This document shows positions 28,462 through 37,765 of a stretch of 64,000 nucleotides of DNA, piece after piece (positions within the stretch are counted from its first letter, which is position 1; each line of letters starts with the position of its first letter). This DNA is from Promethearchaeota archaeon. Lineage in GTDB: Archaea > Asgardarchaeota > Lokiarchaeia > Sigyniarchaeales > SOKP01. The stretch covers positions 3,885-67,884 of the forward strand of contig JBHLOF010000006.1 in the NCBI GenBank assembly GCA_048940805.1. The letters run 5' to 3'. The notes beneath the pieces are model-generated. The model saw only the letters and a program-made list of their open reading frames with translations. It made no database searches and was not told where the DNA came from. Both the position numbers and the translations under genes were made by a program.

Positions 28462-30369
28462 ATGTTAAAAAGTAACACATTTGATGAGGCTTGGAGAAAA
28501 AAATGGAAGAATAAAGAAATTACTACAGAGAATGCTATAAAGAAAATAATTCCTGGAAACACAGTTTTTATTGATTCTGGATGTTCTGAGCCGCAATTAC
28601 TAACAAGTGAATTGATTAAGCATTCAGAGGTTTTGATTGATATTGAAATTCTCCATTTTTTATCAATTGGTCCCGAGAAATATTTTAAAGATAAAGCCGA
28701 GGATCTTTTTAGACATAATGTATTTTTTATCGGTTCAACTCTCCGAGAAGAAATCAATAATGGACAAGCAGATTATACCCCTATTTACGCTAGTGAAATT
28801 CCTTCTCTGTTTTTGACTGGGAGAAAGCATATAGACGTTGCTCTTATCCAAGTGTCTCCACCCGACCCATTTGGATTTTGCTCATTAGGGATTAATGTAG
28901 ACATCGCAAAACCGCTTGCTCAATCTTCTTACTTAACTATTGCTGAGATCAATCCACAAATGCCTCGCACCCTAGGAAATAGTTTTATCCATATGAAAGA
29001 AATTGATTTTTTTGTTTATAACGACCAAGCTTTGTTAGAATTTTTCTTTGATGAACCAGATGATATAGCCGAAAGAATTGGTAAAAACTTATCTAATTTA
29101 ATTGAAAATAAATCAACTATTCATATAGGATTTGGTGATTTACCAAACGCTGCGCTATTGTATTTAAAGGAAAAAAAAGATCTTGGGATGCACTCTCATT
29201 ATATTACGGATAACATAATACCATTAATTGAAGAAGGGATTCTCACAAGCAGAAAAAAAAATTTTCATCCTGAAAAAATCATCACAAGCTATGCTCTAGG
29301 TACTAAAAAGTTATACAAATTTGTCCACAATAACCCTTATATTGAATTTTTTCCATCAGATTATGTTTGCAATCCCGTTAATATCGGTATGAACAAAAAA
29401 ATGGTTTCCATTAATTCAGCTAGACAAATAGACCTTACTGGGCAAGTAAATGCTGCTACAGAAGGTTATCAATTTTATTCAGGATTAGGAGAGACTATTG
29501 ATTTCATGAGAGGAGCTGCCTTTTCAAAAAGAGGTAAACCAATAATAATAATTCCTTCAACTTCACGAGATGGCAAAAGATCACGAATAGTTCCGCATTT
29601 AGATGAAGGAGCGGGTATAATGTTATCTCGAGGTGATGTGCATTACGTTGTAACAGAATGGGGTGTAGCATATCTTCATGGAAAAACAATTCGAGAAAGG
29701 GTTCTTGAATTGATATGTATAGCTCACCCAGATTTTCGACAATCATTATTGGATGAAGCAAAGAAATTAAAATATATTTATTCGGACCAACTACTTCCGT
29801 GTGACGATGAGGGACGAATTTGTTTATATCCTTCTGGTTATGAAACAATATATACTGCAAGAAATAATGAGAAGATCAGGATTAGACCCGTTAAGACCAC
29901 CGATGAGCCCCTCTTGAAAGAATTATATTATACTCTGAATGAAACAGACCGATATCTCCGATTTTTCGAAATAAGGAAAGAATTTACTCATTCTAAAACT
30001 CAAGATGAAGTAAATATAGATTATGATAAAATTTTCTCCATTGGGGCTTTTACGGGGGAAATTGGAAATGAGAAAATGATAGGAAACGCAACTTATTATT
30101 TAAATCCGTCCTTAAATATGGCAGAATATAGTTTTATTGTATCTGAACAATGGAGAGGAGAGGGAATAGGGTCGTTTCTTTACCAACATCTAATTATGAT
30201 TGCAAAGGAAAAAGGGATAAAAGGATTTTACGGGACAATTCATATTCAAAATAAAAGCACAGTTCGTATTATTCAAAGAGGAGGGTACACGAAAATAACT
30301 CCTCCAGAACACGGGGAGAAAGAACTGTTCTATGAGGTATTTTTTAGCCAAGATGATTCAGATGATTAA
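28462..30369 (+). CDS. Fusion protein: acetyl-CoA hydrolase/transferase (4-hydroxybutyrate CoA-transferase-like) domain plus C-terminal Pat-type GNAT acetyltransferase domain
   Basis: 635 aa. N-terminal ~440 aa carry SINSARQIDLTGQVNA and YSGLGETIDFMRGA. C-terminal ~165 aa carry IRIRPVKTTDEP....DRYLRFF..EFTH....IDYD and GNAT motif A WRGEGIG. Confidence 0.8.
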   Translation: MLKSNTFDEAWRKKWKNKEITTENAIKKIIPGNTVFIDSGCSEPQLLTSELIKHSEVLIDIEILHFLSIGPEKYFKDKAEDLFRHNVFFIGSTLREEINNGQADYTPIYASEIPSLFLTGRKHIDVALIQVSPPDPFGFCSLGINVDIAKPLAQSSYLTIAEINPQMPRTLGNSFIHMKEIDFFVYNDQALLEFFFDEPDDIAERIGKNLSNLIENKSTIHIGFGDLPNAALLYLKEKKDLGMHSHYITDNIIPLIEEGILTSRKKNFHPEKIITSYALGTKKLYKFVHNNPYIEFFPSDYVCNPVNIGMNKKMVSINSARQIDLTGQVNAATEGYQFYSGLGETIDFMRGAAFSKRGKPIIIIPSTSRDGKRSRIVPHLDEGAGIMLSRGDVHYVVTEWGVAYLHGKTIRERVLELICIAHPDFRQSLLDEAKKLKYIYSDQLLPCDDEGRICLYPSGYETIYTARNNEKIRIRPVKTTDEPLLKELYYTLNETDRYLRFFEIRKEFTHSKTQDEVNIDYDKIFSIGAFTGEIGNEKMIGNATYYLNPSLNMAEYSFIVSEQWRGEGIGSFLYQHLIMIAKEKGIKGFYGTIHIQNKSTVRIIQRGGYTKITPPEHGEKELFYEVFFSQDDSDD

Positions 30370-30418
30370 GTAATCATTATTTTTATTTTTCTTTCTTAAT
30401 TATTCAAAATGTAAGATT

Positions 30419-31225
30419 ATGAAGTTTAAATTCACAGACTATCATGTCCATACTGCCAATTGGAGTACGGATATTGACATTGATGGACCCACGTTCGAAG
30501 ATTATGCCAAGATTGCAGAAATTCATGAAATAAATATTTGTTTTCTTGACCATTTTGAACTCTATTCTATTGAAAACGATAAACACAATCCCTTTTCAAA
30601 TGGGAATATTGTGAATTACCTTGAAGAAATTGATGAGTTGAAGGAGACATATGATTTTATATTAAGTGGACTTGAAGTTGAATATTATAAAGATAAAGAA
30701 ATTGAATTATTAGAATTCATGGACGATTATGGAAAAGAGTTAGATTTTATAGGAGGAACTATTCATGAATGGATTCTTGGTTATCCCGTTACAACAAGAG
30801 TAAAACTTCTTGAATTATTGGAAAGAAGAAGTATAAAAACAGTAATAGATGAATATTTTGAATCTTGTGAGTTGATGATTAATTCAAAAATCTTTTCTAA
30901 TATCTGCCATCTTGATACGATTTTTCGCTATATCAATGAAAATGATATTAAACCAACAGAAGATTGTGATGTATCTGAAGAGCGAGTTTTGGAATTAGGT
31001 CGAAAATGCATAAAAAGTAAAATTGCAGTTGAATATAATATTTCCGGTGAAAGATTTCCGATCGGACGCCCATTTCCTTCTAAAAGCATAATTTCTCAGT
31101 TAATAAAAGAGGGAGCTAAGTTTTTCGTTGGATCGGATTCCCATTCATTAGACTATTTTGAGAAACAGATTCCTAAAGTGAAAGAAGCGTACGTATATTT
31201 AAATTCAATTAATAGCCAGGCTTAA
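30419..31225 (+). CDS. PHP-domain phosphoesterase (HisJ-like histidinol-phosphatase family)
   Basis: 268 aa. N-terminal DYHVHT metal motif and C-terminal GSDSH motif of the PHP family. Confidence 0.65.
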   Translation: MKFKFTDYHVHTANWSTDIDIDGPTFEDYAKIAEIHEINICFLDHFELYSIENDKHNPFSNGNIVNYLEEIDELKETYDFILSGLEVEYYKDKEIELLEFMDDYGKELDFIGGTIHEWILGYPVTTRVKLLELLERRSIKTVIDEYFESCELMINSKIFSNICHLDTIFRYINENDIKPTEDCDVSEERVLELGRKCIKSKIAVEYNISGERFPIGRPFPSKSIISQLIKEGAKFFVGSDSHSLDYFEKQIPKVKEAYVYLNSINSQA

Positions 31226-31229
31226 AATC

Positions 31230-31946
31230 ATGGAATTGAAAGAATTCTATAATAAAATTGATGACTGGGATCAAAAAGTAATTATAAAATATAATAGTCT
31301 TGGGGGAAAAACTCTCACTGTCATATTTAGGTTTATATCTTTTTTTGGAAGAGAAACGCTCTGGATTTCGTTAATTGCATTTTTTTTACTCATCTGGTAT
31401 GATCCTTTTTTGTTAACTCACATATCTGCAATTTTTTTAACTGGTGTACTGTTTATTGCAATTTTAAAAAAGGTATTCAATAGAGCAAGGCCATTTGAAA
31501 GATTGGGTGAGGATAAAATTTTAATTCTTGAGAGAAAACCAAACTCCCGAAGTTTTCCCTCTTGGCATTCATATAATATTACTGCTTACAGCTTATTGAT
31601 AGGAATTTTTTTTTTACATTCACTATTAGTTTCTCTTCTTATGCTGTGTCTGGTAATTTTAGTATGTTTTTCAAGAATTCAATTAGGAGTTCACTACCCC
31701 ACTGATGTGATTATTGGGAGTTTCTTAGGATTCCTTGGTTTTCTCGTATCGATTTATGGTGTTGCCCCATTGCTCCAGTTAGTTGTATTGTTTTTTGAGC
31801 AACTATTCATAAATGATATTGAATATCAACAAATTAATTCAATGCTATGCAACAATATTGGGTATATACTCTTAACTATTCTCGTATTTTTAATAATCTT
31901 TTTATTTACTACTTATAAAAGGATTAGAGATTACTTTAAGAAATAA
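31230..31946 (+). CDS. PAP2-family (type 2 phosphatidic acid phosphatase-like) membrane phosphatase
   Basis: 238 aa with TM helices. The tripartite PAP2 motif is KKVFNRARPF / PSWHS / SRIQLGVHYPTDV. Confidence 0.85.
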   Translation: MELKEFYNKIDDWDQKVIIKYNSLGGKTLTVIFRFISFFGRETLWISLIAFFLLIWYDPFLLTHISAIFLTGVLFIAILKKVFNRARPFERLGEDKILILERKPNSRSFPSWHSYNITAYSLLIGIFFLHSLLVSLLMLCLVILVCFSRIQLGVHYPTDVIIGSFLGFLGFLVSIYGVAPLLQLVVLFFEQLFINDIEYQQINSMLCNNIGYILLTILVFLIIFLFTTYKRIRDYFKK

Positions 31947-31957
31947 ATGGATTACTC

Positions 31958-33196
31958 CTAAAGGTCTAAACTTCTTCTTTTACTAAAAAGATCTTTTAAT
32001 TCGTTGAGAACATTTAATCTTGCATTTTCTCCTTGTCTAGCTGTGCTTTGGGCAGGATTAGATATTTCTAAGGGTAAACCACTTTGAGCGGCTTGAAATG
32101 CTCCAGCCTCTAAGGCACGAAGACGACTATCGAGATCATTTAGTTGGGTGGAAATGCTTTCTGATAAACGAATAACAGCATTAAGAGTTTCTTCTAAAGT
32201 CTTTCCAAGGCCTTCAACCTTTTTAACCGTTGGATCTGTGAGAGAATAATGAGAACTCATAAGATTTTTAATATATTTCGCAAATTGTGGTTCCCGGGAG
32301 ATCATTGAATATATCGATGTTAAATAGATCTCTATATCAAACTCATAATCCTTACTTTTTATTAATTCATTTAGGTTATCCTTTAGTAGTTCAACATTTA
32401 ACTGGATTTTTGGATTCCCCTTTATATCTGGATCAAATTTATGAATAAAGATTAAGACATAAGGTTTTTCTTCAAGCATTATTATCGAATCAAGAATTTT
32501 ATCAAAATATTCAAGGGATTCATCGAATCTTTCCGGATTTTGTACGTCTATAACATAAAGTAGTAAATCCAATTGGATAAAATATTGTTCTGGATTACTT
32601 AAATACCGTTCTCGATATTCTTCTTGGCCTCCCAAATCCCATATAAAAAGGTTCAAGTTAGAACTACCAAATTTCATCCGAACTACCCCTCTCGTTGGCT
32701 GAGTTACAATTGTATCGCTTATCCCTAACCGGCCACCAAATTTTGAAAGTGTAGCTGTTTTACCTGCCTCATCAAGTCCAGCAACAAGTACTTTTTGTCC
32801 ATTTACTTCGATTCCTTCTTTTTCTTCATCAACACTTGCTATAAGGGCACTAATAGTAATGGTTTTCTTGAGGATTTTTTCTAAGGTAGGATATTTCTTT
32901 TTTAATTCTTCAATCTTTTCCTTTAAATTTTCTGTCAATTCTATCGATTCGTCTGATTCTTCTAGTCTCATCAAACTTCCAAATGGATTTTCCTTATCCA
33001 ATTTAGAAGCATCTCCTATGTTAGAAATTTCTAACAATTGTTTCATTATTGTTGATTCTTCCTTATCTACAAACTTATATGATTGAAGAGGTAACTTTAA
33101 GATATCATCAATAGAATGTAATTTATTAAGCTTTGCGGATTTAGGATCTAAAAACTTAGAAAACACGCTGATTATATCGGAACTTTCAGAAGACAT
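31958..33196 (-). CDS. Arf/Sar-like small GTPase domain flanked by ~130-aa N-terminal and ~110-aa C-terminal (coiled-coil) extensions
   Basis: 412 aa. G1 GLDEAGKT (Arf GLDAAGKT), G3 WDLGGQEEYR (Arf WDVGGQ), G4 HKFD (His for Asn). The tail LNDLDSRLRALEAGAFQAAQ is predicted helical. Confidence 0.75.
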   Translation of the reverse strand: MSSESSDIISVFSKFLDPKSAKLNKLHSIDDILKLPLQSYKFVDKEESTIMKQLLEISNIGDASKLDKENPFGSLMRLEESDESIELTENLKEKIEELKKKYPTLEKILKKTITISALIASVDEEKEGIEVNGQKVLVAGLDEAGKTATLSKFGGRLGISDTIVTQPTRGVVRMKFGSSNLNLFIWDLGGQEEYRERYLSNPEQYFIQLDLLLYVIDVQNPERFDESLEYFDKILDSIIMLEEKPYVLIFIHKFDPDIKGNPKIQLNVELLKDNLNELIKSKDYEFDIEIYLTSIYSMISREPQFAKYIKNLMSSHYSLTDPTVKKVEGLGKTLEETLNAVIRLSESISTQLNDLDSRLRALEAGAFQAAQSGLPLEISNPAQSTARQGENARLNVLNELKDLFSKRRSLDL

Positions 33197-33405
33197 ATTA
33201 TATCAAGGATTATTTAAATATTAATAGGTTAATTCTGTTTTTATTACTATATTAATAATCTTTTTATGATACTAGTTAAAAAGATTTTGATTTAAATTTT
33301 CTCAACTTAATTAATTTATTGATCACACTTAAATATATATTAGATTATGTATTTTATACTAAAAATGGAAAGTTCCTATTTCAACTCTATTTAATATAAG
33401 TATTT

Positions 33406-34329
33406 ATGCCGTCTCATAATATAGATGACGATTTTTTTGAAGAAAATGGTGAGGAAGGGCCACCCTGTTGTGATAGTTCAAAAATTAGTGAAGAAGATGG
33501 ATTTTATGTATGTTTAAACTGTGGATTTGTATATTCGAGAATTCTAGATGACAGCCCACGAAGAGCATTTACCCAAGAAGAAATTCAGAAACGTAAAAGT
33601 AGTGAAAGAGTTTATAGCCCTATTGGTCCAAGAACAATTATAAGAGGATCACGAGACGCAAGAGGTACTTTATTAAGTCCAAAATACAAGTCTAAATTTA
33701 ACCGACTAGCCAAAATCCATAGATCATTAACAACCAGTTATGAGAGAAATTTATGGATAGCGTTACCAAATTTGCAGCGATTACAAAAAAGATTAGGAAT
33801 CCCAGATGCGGTTGCTGACGATGCCCTTCGAATATATACCCAAACAGTTAAAAAGAAGTTAACAATGGGAAGAAGTATCGATACTTTATTATCAGCCTCT
33901 ATTTTTGCTGCATTAAGAGTTCATGGTATACCTAGAACCGCTGAAGAAATCACTAAAGTCGCACAAATTCCGAAGAAAAAAGTCATTAAAAGTTACCGCT
34001 TAATCCTCATGGAAGTTCTTCCAAAATTAGGCATGAAAGTCCAACATTTCTCTGCAGATCGTTATGTTGATAAATTTAATGAGGAATTGAAACTTTCTAT
34101 GCAATGTAGGAATATTGCTGTTAAATTGATTGATAAAGCAAGAGAGAGTGGATTTAATTCCGCAGGTAAAGATCCTAAAGGTATTGCTGCTGCGGCTATC
34201 TACATTGCTTCAAAAATTAGCAATGAAAACAGAACACAGAAGGAAATCTCAAAATTAGCTCGTGTGACCGAAGTTACATTACGAATGAGGGTAAAAGATC
34301 TCCAAAAGTATGCCAATATTGTAGATTGA
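33406..34329 (+). CDS. tfb: Transcription initiation factor B (TFB/TFIIB family), divergent N-terminal ribbon
   Basis: 307 aa. N-terminal ribbon CC....C..C, RAFTQEE B-reader-like segment, and two cyclin-fold repeats (GRSIDTLLSASIFAALR, GKDPKGIAAAAIYIAS). Confidence 0.85.
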   Translation: MPSHNIDDDFFEENGEEGPPCCDSSKISEEDGFYVCLNCGFVYSRILDDSPRRAFTQEEIQKRKSSERVYSPIGPRTIIRGSRDARGTLLSPKYKSKFNRLAKIHRSLTTSYERNLWIALPNLQRLQKRLGIPDAVADDALRIYTQTVKKKLTMGRSIDTLLSASIFAALRVHGIPRTAEEITKVAQIPKKKVIKSYRLILMEVLPKLGMKVQHFSADRYVDKFNEELKLSMQCRNIAVKLIDKARESGFNSAGKDPKGIAAAAIYIASKISNENRTQKEISKLARVTEVTLRMRVKDLQKYANIVD

Positions 34330-34341
34330 TTACCAAATATA

Positions 34342-37300
34342 TTAAATGTTTATGAGTTCTTCTTCCTCAATAAACAATGGAAGAATATCTAAGATCCCTT
34401 TAATTTTTGGAAGATATTTATCCAAAGTATATATCTTTACGTCTAATATAAAAAAAATAACCATAATGTAGAATGTATCTTTCACTACACTCTTATTAAT
34501 CCCTAAACTATTTAGGAAATCATCGACGCTTTTTTTTATTATTGAATACGATTCTTGGGCTTTTAGCAAACTTAGTCCATGTAAAAGTATAAGTAGAGCA
34601 CTAGTTTTCAAATCTTTTCTTTTAGATAATGCAATTGCTAAATCATAATATTTTGTTGCAACTTCTTTGAATTTTTGTGATTCTAACATATCCAATATCT
34701 CATTATAATATCGCCTTTTCATAGCTTTTCGTTTAATAAAAAATTCATCTTTTTCACGTCTTATATCTCCCATCTTTGATTCTATCTTCCCAAAATTTTG
34801 ATCAATTTCAAGTTGGATCTTGGATAATTCGCCTTTTTGTTCCCTTGAAAGATTATCTAAAGGTTCTTCTTCTATTTTGTCTTCCGCAAAAGATTTCTCG
34901 AAAGTTTCAGGTTTAATATCTTTCTTATACTCTTCCCCTAAATAATCATATAGTATTTTCAATTCTTCTTTAAATAGAGGGAGATTTTCTATAAAAGAGA
35001 TAGCCTCTTTGACTTTATTCTCATCTTGATGTTTCTTTATTTGGATGATATATTCTGTAAGAGTTACTGGAAAAGTTTTGGAAAACAAATCTCCTAATCC
35101 AGAAAGTTTTTCTTTTGTATTTTCTAGGATTTCTCTAACTTCATTAAATTTTTCTTCTTTTATCAACAATAAACACACGACTGCTAAAGAAACTCCCGCT
35201 AATTTGTATTTCTTTATCTTATTTAGTTGACTAATTGTTTTTTTATACACTTCGATTGATTTATCAATTTCATCATTTTCAAGATGGTTTATGGCTTCAT
35301 GAAAATAAGCTCTTCTTAATGCCTTTCTTTCTTTTAATTCTTTCCCTTGATCCAAAAGAGCTTCTCTTGCTTTATTTTTGATTATTGAAAGTGCTTCTTC
35401 CAATTCTTCCCCTTTACGATATTCTTCCGCTTTTTTGGTCCGCGCTTCACTCTTTTTTGCTTCTAATTCCGCGATTTTTTTATGTATTTCTTTATTATAT
35501 GTCATATTCTCAATTCTATCGTTATATGTTTGAGCAGAGTGTAAATCATCTATCTCAATATATATTTCGGATATTTTTTTATAGATTTCGTCAAAATTTA
35601 TTTGAGATCGCTCCTCTTTATCAAAATATGCGGATAATATCTTTGTAGCCTTTTTTACTAGCTCAACTGCCCTATCAATCCCGGATATATTTTCTTCGGT
35701 ACTAATTATTGCTAAAGCTTCTTTTTTAATATTTTTAATGAAAACTAAACTGATTTCTTTTGAATTATCATAGAGTGAATGATTACGATAAATTCGATTT
35801 GATTCCTCTAAAATTTTTTCAATCCTTCCATAATTTTCAAATTTTTCAATATTTTGTAACTTATGAATAAAACTAGGGAAAATCCTTATGAGGTATTTCT
35901 CTTTCATTTCTTTTGATAAGGCATAGAAAGAATTAAAAAATTCTTCATAAATTTCACCCTCAAGAAAAATATCCAAGGAGTTTGTAAGGATTTGGTCTTT
36001 TATATCTTCTCTACCAATTTTTTTTAGGTAATTTGCATGATTCAATAAAAGGTTTCCGGCTTTGAGGGATTTATCCTGCTTAACTAATGATTCTGCTTGT
36101 TCAATTCTTTCTTTATTCATTTCAATGATAATATCTAATTCAGTTTTTACAAATTCAGCGAGGATTTCTTCACCCTTTTTTAAATATTCTTGGAACTCTT
36201 TTTTAATCGATTCTTGATATTTATCTTCTAATTCTGCACTAGCCCTACTTAAATCTTGCTTTAGCGGTAAGGAATTTAATTTGTTAATTAAATTTGCTGC
36301 AATTCCAAAGTTATTCTTTTCCAGAAAAGAATTGATTAATTGTTTTAAAACCGAATCTAAATCTATCCTTTCTACGTTGTATGATTCCCACATGTTCTCA
36401 ATTTCATCATAAGTATACTTTGCGGCATATATTTCACTAGATTTTAATTGAATTCTAAGAATTTGGATTAAAATTTCTGTAAGCTTATTAGTAAGATATT
36501 TTAAATCCTCTGAAAGTGCCTCCCTTTGATATTTTTTAATTGCTCTGTATAATTGTTCACGTGCTAATTCAATTTTGTTTATACCTACAAGGAATTCAGC
36601 TGCTGCTCCAATCTTTTTAGTAACAAGTTCTAAAATATGTAATCCTTCTTCATGAGGCAAATTTTCAATAATTTCAAATGCTTTTTCAACTTGACAAGCG
36701 GATACCCAAGAATTAATAGCCAATTTGAAAGCTTCACTAATTATATCTCTTTCTAAAAACTCTAGACTTGCCCATTGTCCAGCCCTTTCATACTGCACAG
36801 CAGCAATTTCATATTCTTTTTTATTGAAAGCTATGTGTGCTTCTCTTACCATAGCATCAAAATATAATTTTTTAAAATTTTTAGACTTTTGATTATTAAT
36901 ATTCTCTAAAATATTGCTAGCTTCAAGATATAGATTAATTTTTGAGAAGAGGTAAGCAGCTTGATCAGATAGGATATAATACTCCTCCTTTTGATAGATC
37001 TCCGCTATTTGTGCTGCTTTTCTGACAGCTTGAGCTGCATAAAAATAATTTTTTTCTTCAAAGTATATATTCGCCATTTGAATAAAGATTGGAAATCTCA
37101 TCCAAGCATTTTCGATATTAAGAGGAGTGTCACCCTTGATCATTGCTAAACAAAGAGATTGAAGGGCATGGTGAAATTCATGAGGGTACAGGTTGACAAA
37201 AGCTTCTAAACTAGGATAATTAACCCAAACTCCTGTTAATAATTCATTTACAGACATTGGGAGGACTCCATTTTGATCGTAGAAAATCACAATCGTAGGA

Positions 37301-37602
37301 ATATCCCTTTTTATAGAAAAAATGTCTGGAAGAACCATTTTAAATATTTCGGATTCTTCTTCATTTAAGGGGTTTAAGAAATAAATTATACCATCTACAA
37401 TTGGTATGATCTCATCTAAATCAGCAGTAAGGCTTGTTATGGCATCAATTTCTAAATCACAAATATCATCTAAAACTTTTATTTCTTTATACCATTCAAA
37501 ATATGTTTCTTTATCTTCCCCCGGCTCACCAAAAGCTCTGGAGATATATAAGTGAATAGTTTCAGGGTCCCCAAGAACTAAAGTTTTTAGAAAAAAAGGC
37601 AT
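34342..37602 (-). CDS. Large protein: P-loop-less small-GTPase-like N-terminal domain plus long TPR-like/helical repeat region with duplicated C-terminal modules
   Basis: 1086 aa. The N-terminal ~150 aa show GTPase-like strand spacing (LKTLVLGDPETIH, LEIDAITS, VDGIIYFLNP, IPTIVIFYDQNG) but lack GxxxxGK[ST]. The rest is helical with TPR-like units (AFNKKEYEIAAVQYERAGQ). Two ~130-aa modules are repeated. Confidence 0.5.
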   Translation of the reverse strand: MPFFLKTLVLGDPETIHLYISRAFGEPGEDKETYFEWYKEIKVLDDICDLEIDAITSLTADLDEIIPIVDGIIYFLNPLNEEESEIFKMVLPDIFSIKRDIPTIVIFYDQNGVLPMSVNELLTGVWVNYPSLEAFVNLYPHEFHHALQSLCLAMIKGDTPLNIENAWMRFPIFIQMANIYFEEKNYFYAAQAVRKAAQIAEIYQKEEYYILSDQAAYLFSKINLYLEASNILENINNQKSKNFKKLYFDAMVREAHIAFNKKEYEIAAVQYERAGQWASLEFLERDIISEAFKLAINSWVSACQVEKAFEIIENLPHEEGLHILELVTKKIGAAAEFLVGINKIELAREQLYRAIKKYQREALSEDLKYLTNKLTEILIQILRIQLKSSEIYAAKYTYDEIENMWESYNVERIDLDSVLKQLINSFLEKNNFGIAANLINKLNSLPLKQDLSRASAELEDKYQESIKKEFQEYLKKGEEILAEFVKTELDIIIEMNKERIEQAESLVKQDKSLKAGNLLLNHANYLKKIGREDIKDQILTNSLDIFLEGEIYEEFFNSFYALSKEMKEKYLIRIFPSFIHKLQNIEKFENYGRIEKILEESNRIYRNHSLYDNSKEISLVFIKNIKKEALAIISTEENISGIDRAVELVKKATKILSAYFDKEERSQINFDEIYKKISEIYIEIDDLHSAQTYNDRIENMTYNKEIHKKIAELEAKKSEARTKKAEEYRKGEELEEALSIIKNKAREALLDQGKELKERKALRRAYFHEAINHLENDEIDKSIEVYKKTISQLNKIKKYKLAGVSLAVVCLLLIKEEKFNEVREILENTKEKLSGLGDLFSKTFPVTLTEYIIQIKKHQDENKVKEAISFIENLPLFKEELKILYDYLGEEYKKDIKPETFEKSFAEDKIEEEPLDNLSREQKGELSKIQLEIDQNFGKIESKMGDIRREKDEFFIKRKAMKRRYYNEILDMLESQKFKEVATKYYDLAIALSKRKDLKTSALLILLHGLSLLKAQESYSIIKKSVDDFLNSLGINKSVVKDTFYIMVIFFILDVKIYTLDKYLPKIKGILDILPLFIEEEELINI

Positions 37603-37765
37603 TTTTTTTATTTTTTTAATTTGTTATATCTTTTTTTATATAAAACACATAAAGTTAATAGTATAAAACTTATGAAATTATTTTAAAAGAATAGTACTCT
37701 TTTTATAGTAATTAATTGAGTTTGAGAATTTATATTTTTGCGTTGAAGTACTCGGAGGCTAACCC

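Noticed and set aside
28428-28757. A 109-aa minus-strand ORF spanning the start of the CoA-transferase-GNAT gene.
   Set aside because: It overlaps the well-supported plus-strand gene and runs into the divergent promoter. Its translation has no recognisable features.
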